Source of the DNA: Armatimonadota bacterium
GTDB lineage: Bacteria > Armatimonadota > SYMT01
Reading direction: 5' to 3'
Assembly: GCA_046292385.1 (NCBI GenBank)
Contig: JBKBRF010000006.1
Location: 32,001 to 96,000 of the forward strand
DNA: 64,000 nucleotides
The notes below the pieces were generated by a model. The model ran no database searches. It saw only the letters and a program-made list of their open reading frames with translations, and was not told where the DNA came from. The position numbers were made by a program, and so were the translations under genes. Below are positions 1 through 9,822 of the stretch, one piece after another. Numbering within the stretch: the stretch's first letter is position 1; every line of letters starts with the position of its first letter.

Positions 1-1
1 C

Positions 2-1093
2 GCCCCGCGCGTCCGGATCGGGGTAGGGGGTCCGCTCCCCGGTCAGGTACGGCAGGAAGATCAGCCCCTCGGAGCCGGCGGGCGCCCGCTGCGCCTCCTC
101 CGCAATGAGCTGGTAAGGATCGATCCCCAGGGCGCGCGCCACGTACATCTCCGCCCCGGCCAGCGTGTCCCGGTACCAGCGCAGAGACCCGCCCGCGGAG
201 AGCATCACGCCCATCTGGTGCCACTTGCCCGGGACGGCGTGGCAGAAGGTGTGGAGGCGGAGCTGCGGGTCGACCGCCGGCTCGTCCGAGAAGGCGAAGA
301 CGACGCCGGAGGTGCCGACGGTTGAGGAGATGATCCCCCGCTCCACGATGCCGTTTCCGACCGCCCCGGCGGCCTGGTCGCCGCCGCCGCCGACCACCGG
401 CGTCCCTTCCCTCAGGCCGGTCGCCGCCGCGCCCTCGGCACTGATCCGGGCGCTCGGCACCTGCGACTCGAAGCACTCCGGCATCCAGTCCGACGGTACC
501 TCGATCGCGTCGAGCAGCTCGGTCGCCCAGCGCCGCTCCCGCACGTGGAACATCGCCGTGCCGGAGGCGTCGGAGACCTCGGTCGCGTAGGCGCCGGTCA
601 GTTTGAGCCGCACGTAGTCCTTCGGGAGCAGCACCTTGCGGACGCGGGCATAGGTCTCCGGCTCGTGATCGCGCAGCCAGATCACCTTCGGGGCGGTGAA
701 CCCGGTCAGCACCGGGTTGCTGATCAGCTCGACCACCCGCTCCGCACCGACCATCCGCGTGATCCACTCGCACTGCGCCGCCGTGCGCTGGTCGCACCAG
801 AGCAGCGCCGGCCGCAGCACCTCGTCCCGCGCGTCCAGGAAGACCGAGCCGTGCATCTGCCCGGAAAGCCCGACGCCCTTTACCTCGTCCGCGCTGATTC
901 CCGCCTTCGACAGGACGGCGCGGACCGTCTTGCACGAGGCATCCCACCAGTGGCGCGGGTCCTGCTCCGCCCAGCCGGGGCGAGGGGTGCTGAGGGGGTA
1001 TTCTTCCGTGGCAGTGGCGAGCACCCGGCCGCTCTCGTCGATCAGAAGCGTCTTGGTGCCGGAGGTGCCGATATCGATTCCAAGCAGGGGCAT
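2..1093 (-). CDS. xylB: Xylulokinase (FGGY carbohydrate kinase), 3' end truncated by window edge
   Basis: Not in the ORF track because it has no stop in the window. Manual translation from the ATG at 1093 gives [46 protein letters not shown], followed by [30 protein letters not shown] and [11 protein letters not shown], all typical of XylB. Confidence 0.88.
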   Translation of the reverse strand, partial: MPLLGIDIGTSGTKTLLIDESGRVLATATEEYPLSTPRPGWAEQDPRHWWDASCKTVRAVLSKAGISADEVKGVGLSGQMHGSVFLDARDEVLRPALLWCDQRTAAQCEWITRMVGAERVVELISNPVLTGFTAPKVIWLRDHEPETYARVRKVLLPKDYVRLKLTGAYATEVSDASGTAMFHVRERRWATELLDAIEVPSDWMPECFESQVPSARISAEGAAATGLREGTPVVGGGGDQAAGAVGNGIVERGIISSTVGTSGVVFAFSDEPAVDPQLRLHTFCHAVPGKWHQMGVMLSAGGSLRWYRDTLAGAEMYVARALGIDPYQLIAEEAQRAPAGSEGLIFLPYLTGERTPYPDPDARG

Positions 1094-1218
1094 GGTTCTC
1101 TCCGCGGTGAGTGTCGATGTCCACCGCAGAGGTTCAGCTGCGGGGGAAGAGGTCCCTGCCCGCACCCACTCGTACTCCCACTCCTACTCGTCCTCCTATT
1201 CAGAGAGGGAGAGCAACC

Positions 1219-1341
1219 GGGCGGTTGAAACCGCGGCAACGACGGCACGAAGTCCCCCTGCGGGGACTCAGCAGGGCCTGGCTCGGGCGTCCGGAGGACG
1301 CGTGGCGGCAGGCCGAGTAGCGAGGTATTTCAATGCCTCGC
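1219..1341. repeat. REP-like palindrome cluster
   Basis: Contains GCGGTTGAAACCGC, GTCCCCCTGCGGGGAC and GTAG-CGAGGTATTTCAATGCCTCG (a GTAG foot plus hairpin). Same layout as the copies at ~28900, 47900 and 62200. Confidence 0.6.
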
Positions 1342-1406
1342 GGGTTGCCGGACAGCCAGCCGGACAACCGGAGAACCCCCCAACCCGAAATCCGTCGGAC
1401 AGGCAG

Positions 1407-1814
1407 CTACACCAGCGGCTTGGCCCAGTTCAGGATGTCCTGGGCGCAGCGCAGGTGGATGCGCGCGGAGGTCTTGTCGTAGAGCTGCGCGGGGACGCCG
1501 TCGACCGTCTCCGGATTCCGCGTGGCCATGAACTCCGGATTCAGCTCCGCGGCGGCGTTCATGATCTCCACCGGCGCGTTGAGCGAGTTGGCGAACTGGA
1601 TCAGGTTGTGCCCCTTAGGGGAGCGCTTCTGATGGTCGGTGATCGCGGCTTTCAGCGCCTTCTCCGCCGCCTGCTGGCTGAAGAAGACGCTGGCGTAATA
1701 GACCCCGGCGTCGAGGAGGGTGGTGGCGGTGGCGAGATCCGCGCGGGCCTGCGCCCAGAAGGCCATGGCTTCCTTGCGGAAGTCCTTCATTTCCGGTTCG
1801 GGTTCGCGCTCCAT
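1407..1814 (-). CDS. HEPN domain protein (stand-alone)
   Basis: 135 aa with A..DL..A, F.SQQAAEKALKA and HNL motifs of the HEPN family that normally pairs with MNT. Confidence 0.85.
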   Translation of the reverse strand: MEREPEPEMKDFRKEAMAFWAQARADLATATTLLDAGVYYASVFFSQQAAEKALKAAITDHQKRSPKGHNLIQFANSLNAPVEIMNAAAELNPEFMATRNPETVDGVPAQLYDKTSARIHLRCAQDILNWAKPLV

Positions 1815-1857
1815 CGCCCGCCTTCGGTCCTTTCTCGTGGTCTCTACTTATTAAAGA

Positions 1858-2997
1858 TTATCGGTTCCGGCCAGCCTGAAACACTTCGATCAACCGGCGC
1901 GCTGCGTCGGAGACCAGCGGGCCGGCGCCGCTCATCGCGCGCTCGAGGCTCATGGGGCCGGGAACGATCGAGGCGATTCCGCTGATTCCGGCCGCGCGGT
2001 AGTCGCCGATGTCGGAGCCGAGAGAGCCGCCCAGCGCGAGCACCGGGACCCCCGCGCGGCTCGCCCGCGCTCCAATTCCGGTGAGCGTCTTGCCGAAGGC
2101 GGTCGTCTGCCGGTCGATCTTCCCTTCGCCGGTCACAACCAGTTCTGCCCCCTGCAGGTGGCGGTCGAACCCTACACAGTCGAGCACCAGCTCCACGCCC
2201 CGCTCCATCCGCGCGCTCAGGAAGGCGAGGAAGGCGAAGCCGAGGCCGCCGGCCGCGCCAGCGCCAGGAGCGGTGCGCCAGTCTTTACCGGCCGCCTCCG
2301 CTGCCACGTTGGCGAGGTTACCGAGCGCGTCGTCGAGAAGACGAATGTCCTGGGGGCTGGCGCCCTTCTGCGGGCCGTAGACCGCCGCGGCACCCTGCGG
2401 TCCGGTCAGCGGGTTGGTCACGTCGCAGGCGAGCACGATCTCGCGGCCGGAAGGCAGCTCGAACGAGCCGCGCTCGATGCGGTGGAGGTCGAGGAGCGCC
2501 GCGCCTCCCTGGGGGAGGTGCTGCCCGAGCGAGTCGAGCAGCCGGAGGCCCAGTGCCTGCAGCATTCCGGCCCCGCCGTCGGTGGTGGCGCTGCCGCCGA
2601 GGCCGACCACGATCCGCGGGCGCTCCGTGGCGAACGCGGCGCGCAGGAGCTGCCCCGTGCCGTAGGTAGTGGCGAGCAGCGGGTCCCGCTCCTCTTCCGC
2701 CACCCGGGAAAGGCCGGAGGCCTCCGCCATCTCGACGAAGACTGTCTCGCCGTCGCCGAGCAGTCCCAGCCGCGCCTCGACCGGCTCGCCGACCGGCCCG
2801 ATTACCGTCTTGACCTGGTACTCGCCCCCGGTGGCGGTGACCAGTGCTTCGAGCGTCCCCTCGCCGCCGTCGCCGACCGGCAGCTCCACCAGCTCCGCCT
2901 CCGGCAGCGCCTGGCGCGCGCCCTCCGCCATCGCGCGGGCGACCGCCGGCGATTTCAGGCTGCCCTTGAAGCTGTCGGGCGCGAGGAGGATCTTCAT
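1858..2997 (-). CDS. glxK: Glycerate kinase (GlxK/GarK family)
   Basis: MKILLAPDSFKGSL, DGGEGT, GLGGSATTDGG, GPQKGA, GAAGG and TGEG motifs. Confidence 0.93.
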   Translation of the reverse strand: MKILLAPDSFKGSLKSPAVARAMAEGARQALPEAELVELPVGDGGEGTLEALVTATGGEYQVKTVIGPVGEPVEARLGLLGDGETVFVEMAEASGLSRVAEEERDPLLATTYGTGQLLRAAFATERPRIVVGLGGSATTDGGAGMLQALGLRLLDSLGQHLPQGGAALLDLHRIERGSFELPSGREIVLACDVTNPLTGPQGAAAVYGPQKGASPQDIRLLDDALGNLANVAAEAAGKDWRTAPGAGAAGGLGFAFLAFLSARMERGVELVLDCVGFDRHLQGAELVVTGEGKIDRQTTAFGKTLTGIGARASRAGVPVLALGGSLGSDIGDYRAAGISGIASIVPGPMSLERAMSGAGPLVSDAARRLIEVFQAGRNR

Positions 2998-4319
2998 GGG
3001 GTCTGCCCGGTGAGGTAGCTGGCAAAGACCAGGATGAAGTCGTAGAGCGCGTGGACGATGCAGGCGGTGGTGGTGTTCGTCGCCCGCCGCACCAGCCCCA
3101 GCACCGTGCCGATCAGGAAGACGATCAACAGGCCGTCGAACCCGTACTGGAACGCGTGGAGGCTGGTGAAGAAGAGGTTGGGGAGCAGGATCCCGAGGCG
3201 GGGCTGGAGCACGCCGCGCACCGCCACCTCTTCGCTGATCCCGGCTGAAAGCCCCAGGATCACCGCGCCGAGCGGGCTGATCGCCGGCGCCAGGATCTTC
3301 TCGAAGGTCTCCTGATCGGTGCGCGGGAGGCCCATCCGCTCCCAGAGCTGGAAGAAGAGCGGCTCGGTCAGCAGCAGCACCCCGGCGAGCCCGACCGCCA
3401 CCCCGATGCCGAGCGCCACCTGCCGCCCGGTGGGCCGCACCAGGCCGAGCCGCTCCAGCGCCTCGCGCCAGGTGCGGGTGACGAGAAACCCGACGGCGAC
3501 CATGCTGGCGGGGACGGTCCAGAGCACCATGTAGACCATGGAGCTGAACAGCTCTTGCGGCCCGGTCACGAAGGCGCTCTCACCGCGCTTGATCAGCTCC
3601 AGCAGCACCGGGTTTCCACCGGTAGCGATGAGCTGCCCGAAGAACATCACCACGCCGCCGAGCACCAGGGAGAGCGCGATGGCGTGCACGTGGCTGCGCG
3701 GATCGAACGGAAGCACTCCTGCCAGCAGGCGACGGACGGCGGGCATCAGCACCAGACCGGCCGCTACGACTCCCAGGAAACCCCAGGCGGCAGCGCCCGC
3801 AAGCACCGGCCAGTTCGGCGACAGGGCGGGGGACACGGCCGAGGGAGGCGGCAGAAAGGTCAGGAACACCATCAGCGCCGGCGTGGCCGCCATACTCAGC
3901 ACCATCGAGGCATGCCAGAGGTAGGCGAGCACTACGCCCCAGGTCCGCTGCACACCGATGTAGGCGAGAAATCCGAGCAGGGCGAACGGCGTGATCTGGA
4001 CGAAGACGCCAAAGTACCCCATCAACCAGGCCGCGCTCTGCTCCGCCATTGCGTGGAGCACGGCGGCCATCAGGCCCACGGCGAGCATCACGAGCAGCCA
4101 GCGGCCGACGACTCTCGAGCTCGGGGAGGGCTCCAGGTGTGCCAGGCGCCAGACCGGCGCGATCGGCGGGTGGACCGCTTCCTGCAGCTCCGCGAACTGG
4201 AAGCTCTGCTCGTGCAGCGCCGGCGCCTCGTACCTCGGTAGCGCCGCTCCGTCGCCCGTCAGGACACCGGATTCGGAGTGCGTCTCGGCGCGCTCGGTGG
4301 GGTGGGGAGACTCTGACAT
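2994..4319 (-). CDS. CPBP family intramembrane glutamic endopeptidase (CAAX/Abi) with extra N-terminal TM region
   Basis: Multi-TM protein with C-terminal SEEVAVRG, FTSLH and HALYD motifs. Confidence 0.85.
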   Translation of the reverse strand: MSESPHPTERAETHSESGVLTGDGAALPRYEAPALHEQSFQFAELQEAVHPPIAPVWRLAHLEPSPSSRVVGRWLLVMLAVGLMAAVLHAMAEQSAAWLMGYFGVFVQITPFALLGFLAYIGVQRTWGVVLAYLWHASMVLSMAATPALMVFLTFLPPPSAVSPALSPNWPVLAGAAAWGFLGVVAAGLVLMPAVRRLLAGVLPFDPRSHVHAIALSLVLGGVVMFFGQLIATGGNPVLLELIKRGESAFVTGPQELFSSMVYMVLWTVPASMVAVGFLVTRTWREALERLGLVRPTGRQVALGIGVAVGLAGVLLLTEPLFFQLWERMGLPRTDQETFEKILAPAISPLGAVILGLSAGISEEVAVRGVLQPRLGILLPNLFFTSLHAFQYGFDGLLIVFLIGTVLGLVRRATNTTTACIVHALYDFILVFASYLTGQTP

Positions 4320-4325
4320 CGACGG

Positions 4326-5339
4326 TTAGCTTCCGGCCGGCAGGCTGACGGGACGACCCTCGCGGGCGGAGCGGTAGGCGGCCTCGGCGACGATCACATT
4401 GCGCAGCCCGTGCCGGCCCGTGACCGGCGGCGGCGTGCCGTCGAGCGCTGCGTCGACGAAGAGTGACAGCTCGTGCCGGACCGGGTCGTCGTACTCCAGG
4501 CTCCCGATGCGGGTCTCGACCGGCGTCTCGCCCGGGCGCGCCAGCGTGATCGTTCCGTCCGCGGAGAAGCCGCCGCGGTACTGGAGGGTGCCTTCGGAGC
4601 CTTCGACGCTGCCGGAGAGATCGCCGAGCGCCGAGACCATGCTGGAGTGGAGGAGTCCCAGCGCGCCGCTCCGGAACCGCAGGGAGACGAAGGCGAGGTT
4701 CGGGTAGTCGCAGCCGTCTTCGCCGAAGTGCTCCGCCTCGGCGTAGACCCGCTCCACTTCGCCGCCGATCTCGCAGAGGAAGTCGATCTCGTGCGCGTTG
4801 ATCTCCATCAGGAGCCCGCCGGACAGCTCCCGGGAAGCACGCCAGCCCCGCGCGGCCGCGCCCCAACCGCCGCCCACCCGTCGCACGGAGATGCTGCGCG
4901 GGTTGCCGAGGTCGCCGCGGCGGACCCGCTCCAGCACGTAACGCCAGCACGGGTAATAGCGCAGCACCTGTCCGACCATCAGCGTCACCCCCGCGGCGTC
5001 CGCGGCGTCGAGGATCGCCTGGGAGTCGGCCGAGCTCGGCGCCAGCGGCTTCTCCACGAAGAGGTGCTTGCCGTGCGCGGCGGCGGCTTCCGCGAGCGGG
5101 CGGTGCAGGAACGGAGGGGCCGCGATAATGACGGCGTCGACATCGTCCCGTGAGAGAAGCGCGTCGGGATCTGCGTGCGCGGGCACCCGGAGCTGCTCCG
5201 ACGCCTGCGCGGCCGCCGCGGCGTCCACGTCCGCCACACCTACCAGCGCCGCGCGCTCCAGCTCCACCAGCTTCGAGCCGAGGCTGCGGCCCATCACGCC
5301 GCAGCCGAGCAGCGCCACCCTGAGTCGCTCTCGGGCCAT
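4326..5339 (-). CDS. Gfo/Idh/MocA family oxidoreductase
   Basis: GCGVMG Rossmann motif, VEKP, and GG.L.E.NAH.ID. Confidence 0.92.
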   Translation of the reverse strand: MARERLRVALLGCGVMGRSLGSKLVELERAALVGVADVDAAAAAQASEQLRVPAHADPDALLSRDDVDAVIIAAPPFLHRPLAEAAAAHGKHLFVEKPLAPSSADSQAILDAADAAGVTLMVGQVLRYYPCWRYVLERVRRGDLGNPRSISVRRVGGGWGAAARGWRASRELSGGLLMEINAHEIDFLCEIGGEVERVYAEAEHFGEDGCDYPNLAFVSLRFRSGALGLLHSSMVSALGDLSGSVEGSEGTLQYRGGFSADGTITLARPGETPVETRIGSLEYDDPVRHELSLFVDAALDGTPPPVTGRHGLRNVIVAEAAYRSAREGRPVSLPAGS

Positions 5340-5502
5340 TCAGACTCCCGTCTCCGGGCGGGCAGCCGTCGCCCGCCGCAGTCTCGTTGTGTGCCTCTTT
5401 CGACGCGCGGCCCGCATCTCCTGCGGCGACCAAGCGGAAGAGCCGCGGGCATCACACCACGCGGCTCTTCCGCCATTCAGCATCGCTCGTCCGGGCCTCG
5501 CG

Positions 5503-6804
5503 CTATTCGTACCGGAGCGCCTCGATCGGGTCGAGCCGGGAGGCCTTCATCGCGGGGTAGATCCCGAAGAAGATCCCCACCAGCGCGGAGAAGACGAACG
5601 AGATGATCATCGGCATCATCGAGAGCATCATCGGGAAGCCCATGCCGCCCTCGGAGGCCGGCCGGCCCATCCACAAGCCGGTGCCCACGCCGAGGGCGAT
5701 CCCGATGAGGCCGCCGACCAGGCTGAGCGTGACCGACTCGATCAGGAACTGGTAGAGAATGTCCCGCCGCTTGGCGCCGATCGCCTTCCGGATACCGATC
5801 TCGCGGGTCCGCTCGGTTACGGAGACGAGCATGATGTTCATAATCCCGATGCCGCCCACGATGAGGGAGACCATCGCGATCCCGGCGAGCAGCATCGTCA
5901 GGAAGCCGCTCTGCGCCGCGGCCCCCTCGGAGAGGTCGGCCTGGCTGAAGATGCGGATGTCCGGCTCGTCCTCCGGCCGCGTCTTGTGCGCCCTCGCGAT
6001 GGCGGCGTAGATCTCTTCCTGGGCGGAGGCCATCTTCGCCTCGGAGACCGCCTGCACGCTCATGCTGCCGAGGTAGTCGACCCCGAACACGCGGGTCATC
6101 GCGGTGGTGATCGGCACGGTGATCTGGTCGTCCGGGTTGCGGAACATCATGCCGCCGCGCTTCTGGATCACGCCGATCACGCGGAAGTTCTGGCCGTTGA
6201 CCTTGATGTTCTTGCCGACCGGCTGCTGCGAGCCGAAGAGCGTCTCGCGGATCTCGTCCCCGATCACCGCCACCTTCGCCTTGCGCTTGACGTCGTCTTC
6301 GTCGAACAGCTTCCCGGACGCCAGCGGCAGGTTTCGGATCTCGAAGTACTCCGGGCCGGCCCCGTAGATGGTGGTCCGGGTATTCTCGTTAGCGAACTTC
6401 ACGGTCCCGTTGCCGCGGTACTCCGGCGTCACCAGCTTGACGGAGGGGCAGGACTTCTTGACCAGCTCCACGTCTTCCATCTTCAGGTTCTGCTGGCTGC
6501 CAAGGCCCTGGCTCACGCCGCCGCGCTGCTGGCTGTTCGGCATGATCGTGAGCGAGTTGGTCCCGAGCTTGCGGATCGCGTCCTGGGTCGCCTCCGCCAC
6601 GCCCTGGCCGAGCGCCACCATCACGATCACGGAGGAGACGCCGATGATGATCCCCAGCATCGTGAGGAACGAGCGGAGCTTGTTCGCCAGGAGGCCCTGC
6701 AGGGCCACGCGGAACGCCTCCGCAAAGCCGAGACCGCTGCTCTTCCGGACCTTCTTGTCCACCGTCGGCAGCAGCGTGGGAGTGGCAGGGTTCGCGAGGC
6801 TCAT
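5503..6804 (-). CDS. MacB/FtsX-type ABC transporter permease
   Basis: [41 protein letters not shown] and PIEALRYE. Confidence 0.95.
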   Translation of the reverse strand: MSLANPATPTLLPTVDKKVRKSSGLGFAEAFRVALQGLLANKLRSFLTMLGIIIGVSSVIVMVALGQGVAEATQDAIRKLGTNSLTIMPNSQQRGGVSQGLGSQQNLKMEDVELVKKSCPSVKLVTPEYRGNGTVKFANENTRTTIYGAGPEYFEIRNLPLASGKLFDEDDVKRKAKVAVIGDEIRETLFGSQQPVGKNIKVNGQNFRVIGVIQKRGGMMFRNPDDQITVPITTAMTRVFGVDYLGSMSVQAVSEAKMASAQEEIYAAIARAHKTRPEDEPDIRIFSQADLSEGAAAQSGFLTMLLAGIAMVSLIVGGIGIMNIMLVSVTERTREIGIRKAIGAKRRDILYQFLIESVTLSLVGGLIGIALGVGTGLWMGRPASEGGMGFPMMLSMMPMIISFVFSALVGIFFGIYPAMKASRLDPIEALRYE

Positions 6805-7550
6805 GTGGTCACCACCTCCTGCGGAAGATCCGCATCCAGGTTAGGCAGCTTCTCCAGCTCTTCCATGGCGTCTTTCGGATTCTCGATCCGCTCGTCGGAC
6901 TGCACCAGGCCGTCCTTGAACCGGATGATCCGGCTGCAGTGCTCCGCGATGTCGAACTCGTGGGTCACGATCACCACCGTCTTGCCCTCCCGGTTCAGCC
7001 GCTGGAAGATCGCCATGATCTCCTCGCCGGTCCGGGTATCGAGGGCGCCGGTCGGCTCGTCCGCCAGGATCACCACCGGATCGTTCACCAGCGCCCGCGC
7101 AATCGCCACGCGCTGCTGCTGACCACCGGAGAGCTCCGCCGGCGTGTGGTGGTGGCGGGACGCGAGACCGACCGCCTCCAGCGCCTGCATGGCGCGCTCC
7201 CGCCGGTTCGGCATTCCGCTATAGAGCATCGGCAGCTCCACCTGGCGCAGCGCGCTGGTGCGGGGGAGCAGGTTGAACTGCTGGAAAACGAAGCCGATCT
7301 TCTGGTTCCGGACGTCGGCGAGCTGGTTGTCGTTCATGCGGGAGACGTTGATCCCGTCCAGCCAGTACTCGCCGCGGACCGGCCGGTCGAGGCAGCCCAC
7401 GATGTTCATGAAGGTCGACTTGCCGGAGCCGGAGGGGCCCATGATTGCGACGAGCTCCCCCGCGCCGATCTCGATATCGACCCCGCGGAGCGCCTGCACG
7501 ATCGTGGTGCCCATCTTGTAGGTCTTCGTCAGCCCTTCGACCTTGATCAT
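6801..7550 (-). CDS. MacB/LolD-type ABC transporter ATP-binding protein
   Basis: [17 protein letters not shown] and ADEPTGALD. Confidence 0.96.
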   Translation of the reverse strand: MIKVEGLTKTYKMGTTIVQALRGVDIEIGAGELVAIMGPSGSGKSTFMNIVGCLDRPVRGEYWLDGINVSRMNDNQLADVRNQKIGFVFQQFNLLPRTSALRQVELPMLYSGMPNRRERAMQALEAVGLASRHHHTPAELSGGQQQRVAIARALVNDPVVILADEPTGALDTRTGEEIMAIFQRLNREGKTVVIVTHEFDIAEHCSRIIRFKDGLVQSDERIENPKDAMEELEKLPNLDADLPQEVVTT

Positions 7551-7723
7551 CTCTTCTCCAAGCTCCCGCGCGGAGATCCCGGTAGAGGCCGGTGCCGCCG
7601 TCTAACTCCAAACCCCCTCTCCCAGACGGGAAAGGGGGTGTCTCTGTTCTGTCGCTGCCATCCCCCGACGCTCGAGGGAACCGGGTGAGGCCGCGGCCAC
7701 GACCTCACCCGCGTTTCTCTCCG

Positions 7724-9565
7724 CTAACGGCCGCCGCCGCGAGGGGCTCCGCCGCCGCCGCCGCCGGGCCGGTTCCCGGCTCCACCGGGTCCGCCGCCGC
7801 CGGGCCTGCCGCGCTGCTGGTTGCGGTTTCCGCCGAACCGGTTAAACGGATTGAACGGATTGTTCGCTTCTTCCGCCTCCGGCTGGATGGTGCGGGTAAT
7901 CACCTCGTCGCCGTCCTTGATCCCGGAGACGATCTCGGTGGTGTCCTGCCCCACCACGCCGACGACGATCTCGAACTTCTGCGGCGCGCCGTTGACTAGC
8001 TTCTCCACGTAGTAGCCGCCTTCTTCGCCTTCCTTCACGCCTTCGTTCGGAAGGGTCAGCACCTTGCGGGCTTCGTCCGTGATGAACTCGCACGTGGCGT
8101 TCATTCCCGGCTTGAACCGCGCGTCGGGCCGGCTCAGCTCCACCGTCACCGGGATCAGGGTGACGTTCTGTTCGATGATCGCCTGCGGGTCGATCCGGAT
8201 TACCCGGCCGGACACGACCACGTCCGGATAGGCGTCGACGCGCACGTCAACCCGCTGCCCCGTAGCGACCTGGCCGATGTCGGTCTCGTCCACGTTGCAC
8301 TTGATCCAGAGCCGGGAGACGTCGCCGATCTGGAGCAGGTAGTTGGTGCTGCCGATGGAGGCGCGGCTGGAGGGCACGACGGTGCCTTCTTCCACCTGCT
8401 TGGCGATAATGACCCCGGTTCGGGGCGCGGTCACCTTGGTGAAGCCGAGGTTGGTCTCTGCCTGGTTCACCGACGCGTCACTCCGCACGATCTGGGCCTT
8501 CGCAGCCACGATCTCGCGGTCGCGGACGTCGATCTGCTCCCGTTCCGCCTGGGCAGACTTCAGGTCCTGCTCCGCCTGGGCTACCGCGGCCAGCGCGGCA
8601 TCGTGCTCCTTGGCCCGCACGTCGTTCTGCACCGCGTTGGTCTGCGCCAGCGTCAGCCCCGCCTGGGCCTGCTGCTCGCGCGCCTGGTCCGCCTCGAGCC
8701 GGGCTCGGGCCTCATCGACCCGTGCTTCCATTTCCTGGATCGCCAGCCGGTTCTCCCGCTGCAGCGTGTCCTTCCGCTGCTTCGCCTGCTCGTAGCTCGC
8801 CTTCATCGACTCGAAGCGGGCGTAAGCAGCCTCGACCTCGCTCCGGGCCAGGTAGCCCTGCGAGTGCAGCTTGCGCTGCCGATCGTACGCCCGCCTGGCG
8901 ATGTCCATGTTGGCGTCGGCCTGCCGCACGTTCGACTCGACCGTCTCGACGTTCAGCGGGATGGTCACTTCCTTGAGCTGCGCCAGCGACTGCTGGAGCT
9001 GGGCGATGCTCTTCTCCGTCTGCGTGACCGCCTTCTTCGCGGAAGCGAGGGACGCCCTCGCCTGCGCGATGTTGGAGTCAGTCAGCTTCGGCTGCGCTTC
9101 CATGTTCGCGCGGGCCTGGGCGAGCCGGGCCCTAGCGGAGGCAACCGCCTGCCGGGAGGCGGCGATGCGGGCGTTGGTCTGCAGCTTCTGCTGCTTGAGA
9201 TTGGAGACCGCCTGCGCCAGGCGAGCCTGCGCGGCGCGCCGGTCGGCATCGGCCTGCTCGTACGCGGTGCGGGTGTCGGTCGGGTCGATGTCCATAATGC
9301 GCTGACCCGCCGTCACCGTGTCGCCCAGGTCGACGTAGAGACGGTCGATCCGTCCGGAGACGTTCGACTTCACGTCGACCGTCTTCCACGCCTGCACCAC
9401 GCCGGTGGCGGTGACGAAGCTCTTCACGTCACCCACGGCGGCGGTGCCGAACTCGTAGGTGACCGCCTGCTTCTCTTTTCCGCCCTTGTTCGCGAACGCG
9501 AAGCCGCCGCCGACTACCGCGGCGATGACTCCAATGATCAAAATCCAACGAATGGCCGAGCTCAT
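7724..9565 (-). CDS. Efflux periplasmic adaptor (MacA/HlyD family) with extended coiled coil
   Basis: N-terminal TM, lipoyl halves (VSGRIDRLYVDLGDTV; APRTGVI), long helical region, VDETDIG and KPGM. Confidence 0.9.
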   Translation of the reverse strand: MSSAIRWILIIGVIAAVVGGGFAFANKGGKEKQAVTYEFGTAAVGDVKSFVTATGVVQAWKTVDVKSNVSGRIDRLYVDLGDTVTAGQRIMDIDPTDTRTAYEQADADRRAAQARLAQAVSNLKQQKLQTNARIAASRQAVASARARLAQARANMEAQPKLTDSNIAQARASLASAKKAVTQTEKSIAQLQQSLAQLKEVTIPLNVETVESNVRQADANMDIARRAYDRQRKLHSQGYLARSEVEAAYARFESMKASYEQAKQRKDTLQRENRLAIQEMEARVDEARARLEADQAREQQAQAGLTLAQTNAVQNDVRAKEHDAALAAVAQAEQDLKSAQAEREQIDVRDREIVAAKAQIVRSDASVNQAETNLGFTKVTAPRTGVIIAKQVEEGTVVPSSRASIGSTNYLLQIGDVSRLWIKCNVDETDIGQVATGQRVDVRVDAYPDVVVSGRVIRIDPQAIIEQNVTLIPVTVELSRPDARFKPGMNATCEFITDEARKVLTLPNEGVKEGEEGGYYVEKLVNGAPQKFEIVVGVVGQDTTEIVSGIKDGDEVITRTIQPEAEEANNPFNPFNRFGGNRNQQRGRPGGGGPGGAGNRPGGGGGGAPRGGGR

Positions 9566-9822
9566 GCCGTAATCCTCACCACGCGGTCACCCCGGGGCGG
9601 TCCCAGATGGGGCGTGCACAAATGCGAAAGGCCGGGCGCGGCGGCCCGGAAGTCAACAAAACTGGATCTAAGGTGGAGGGGAGAGGAGCGTCCGCCATCC
9701 ATTGAGACGCCTCCGGACCGTCCGGGTTCACCGAAAAGGCTTCCTCGGCCGGCTCCAACCTTAGCATACGCACTTACGATCGACTTCGTTTGCAGGCTCC
9801 CGGTTCCCGCTGCTCGAAGCCG

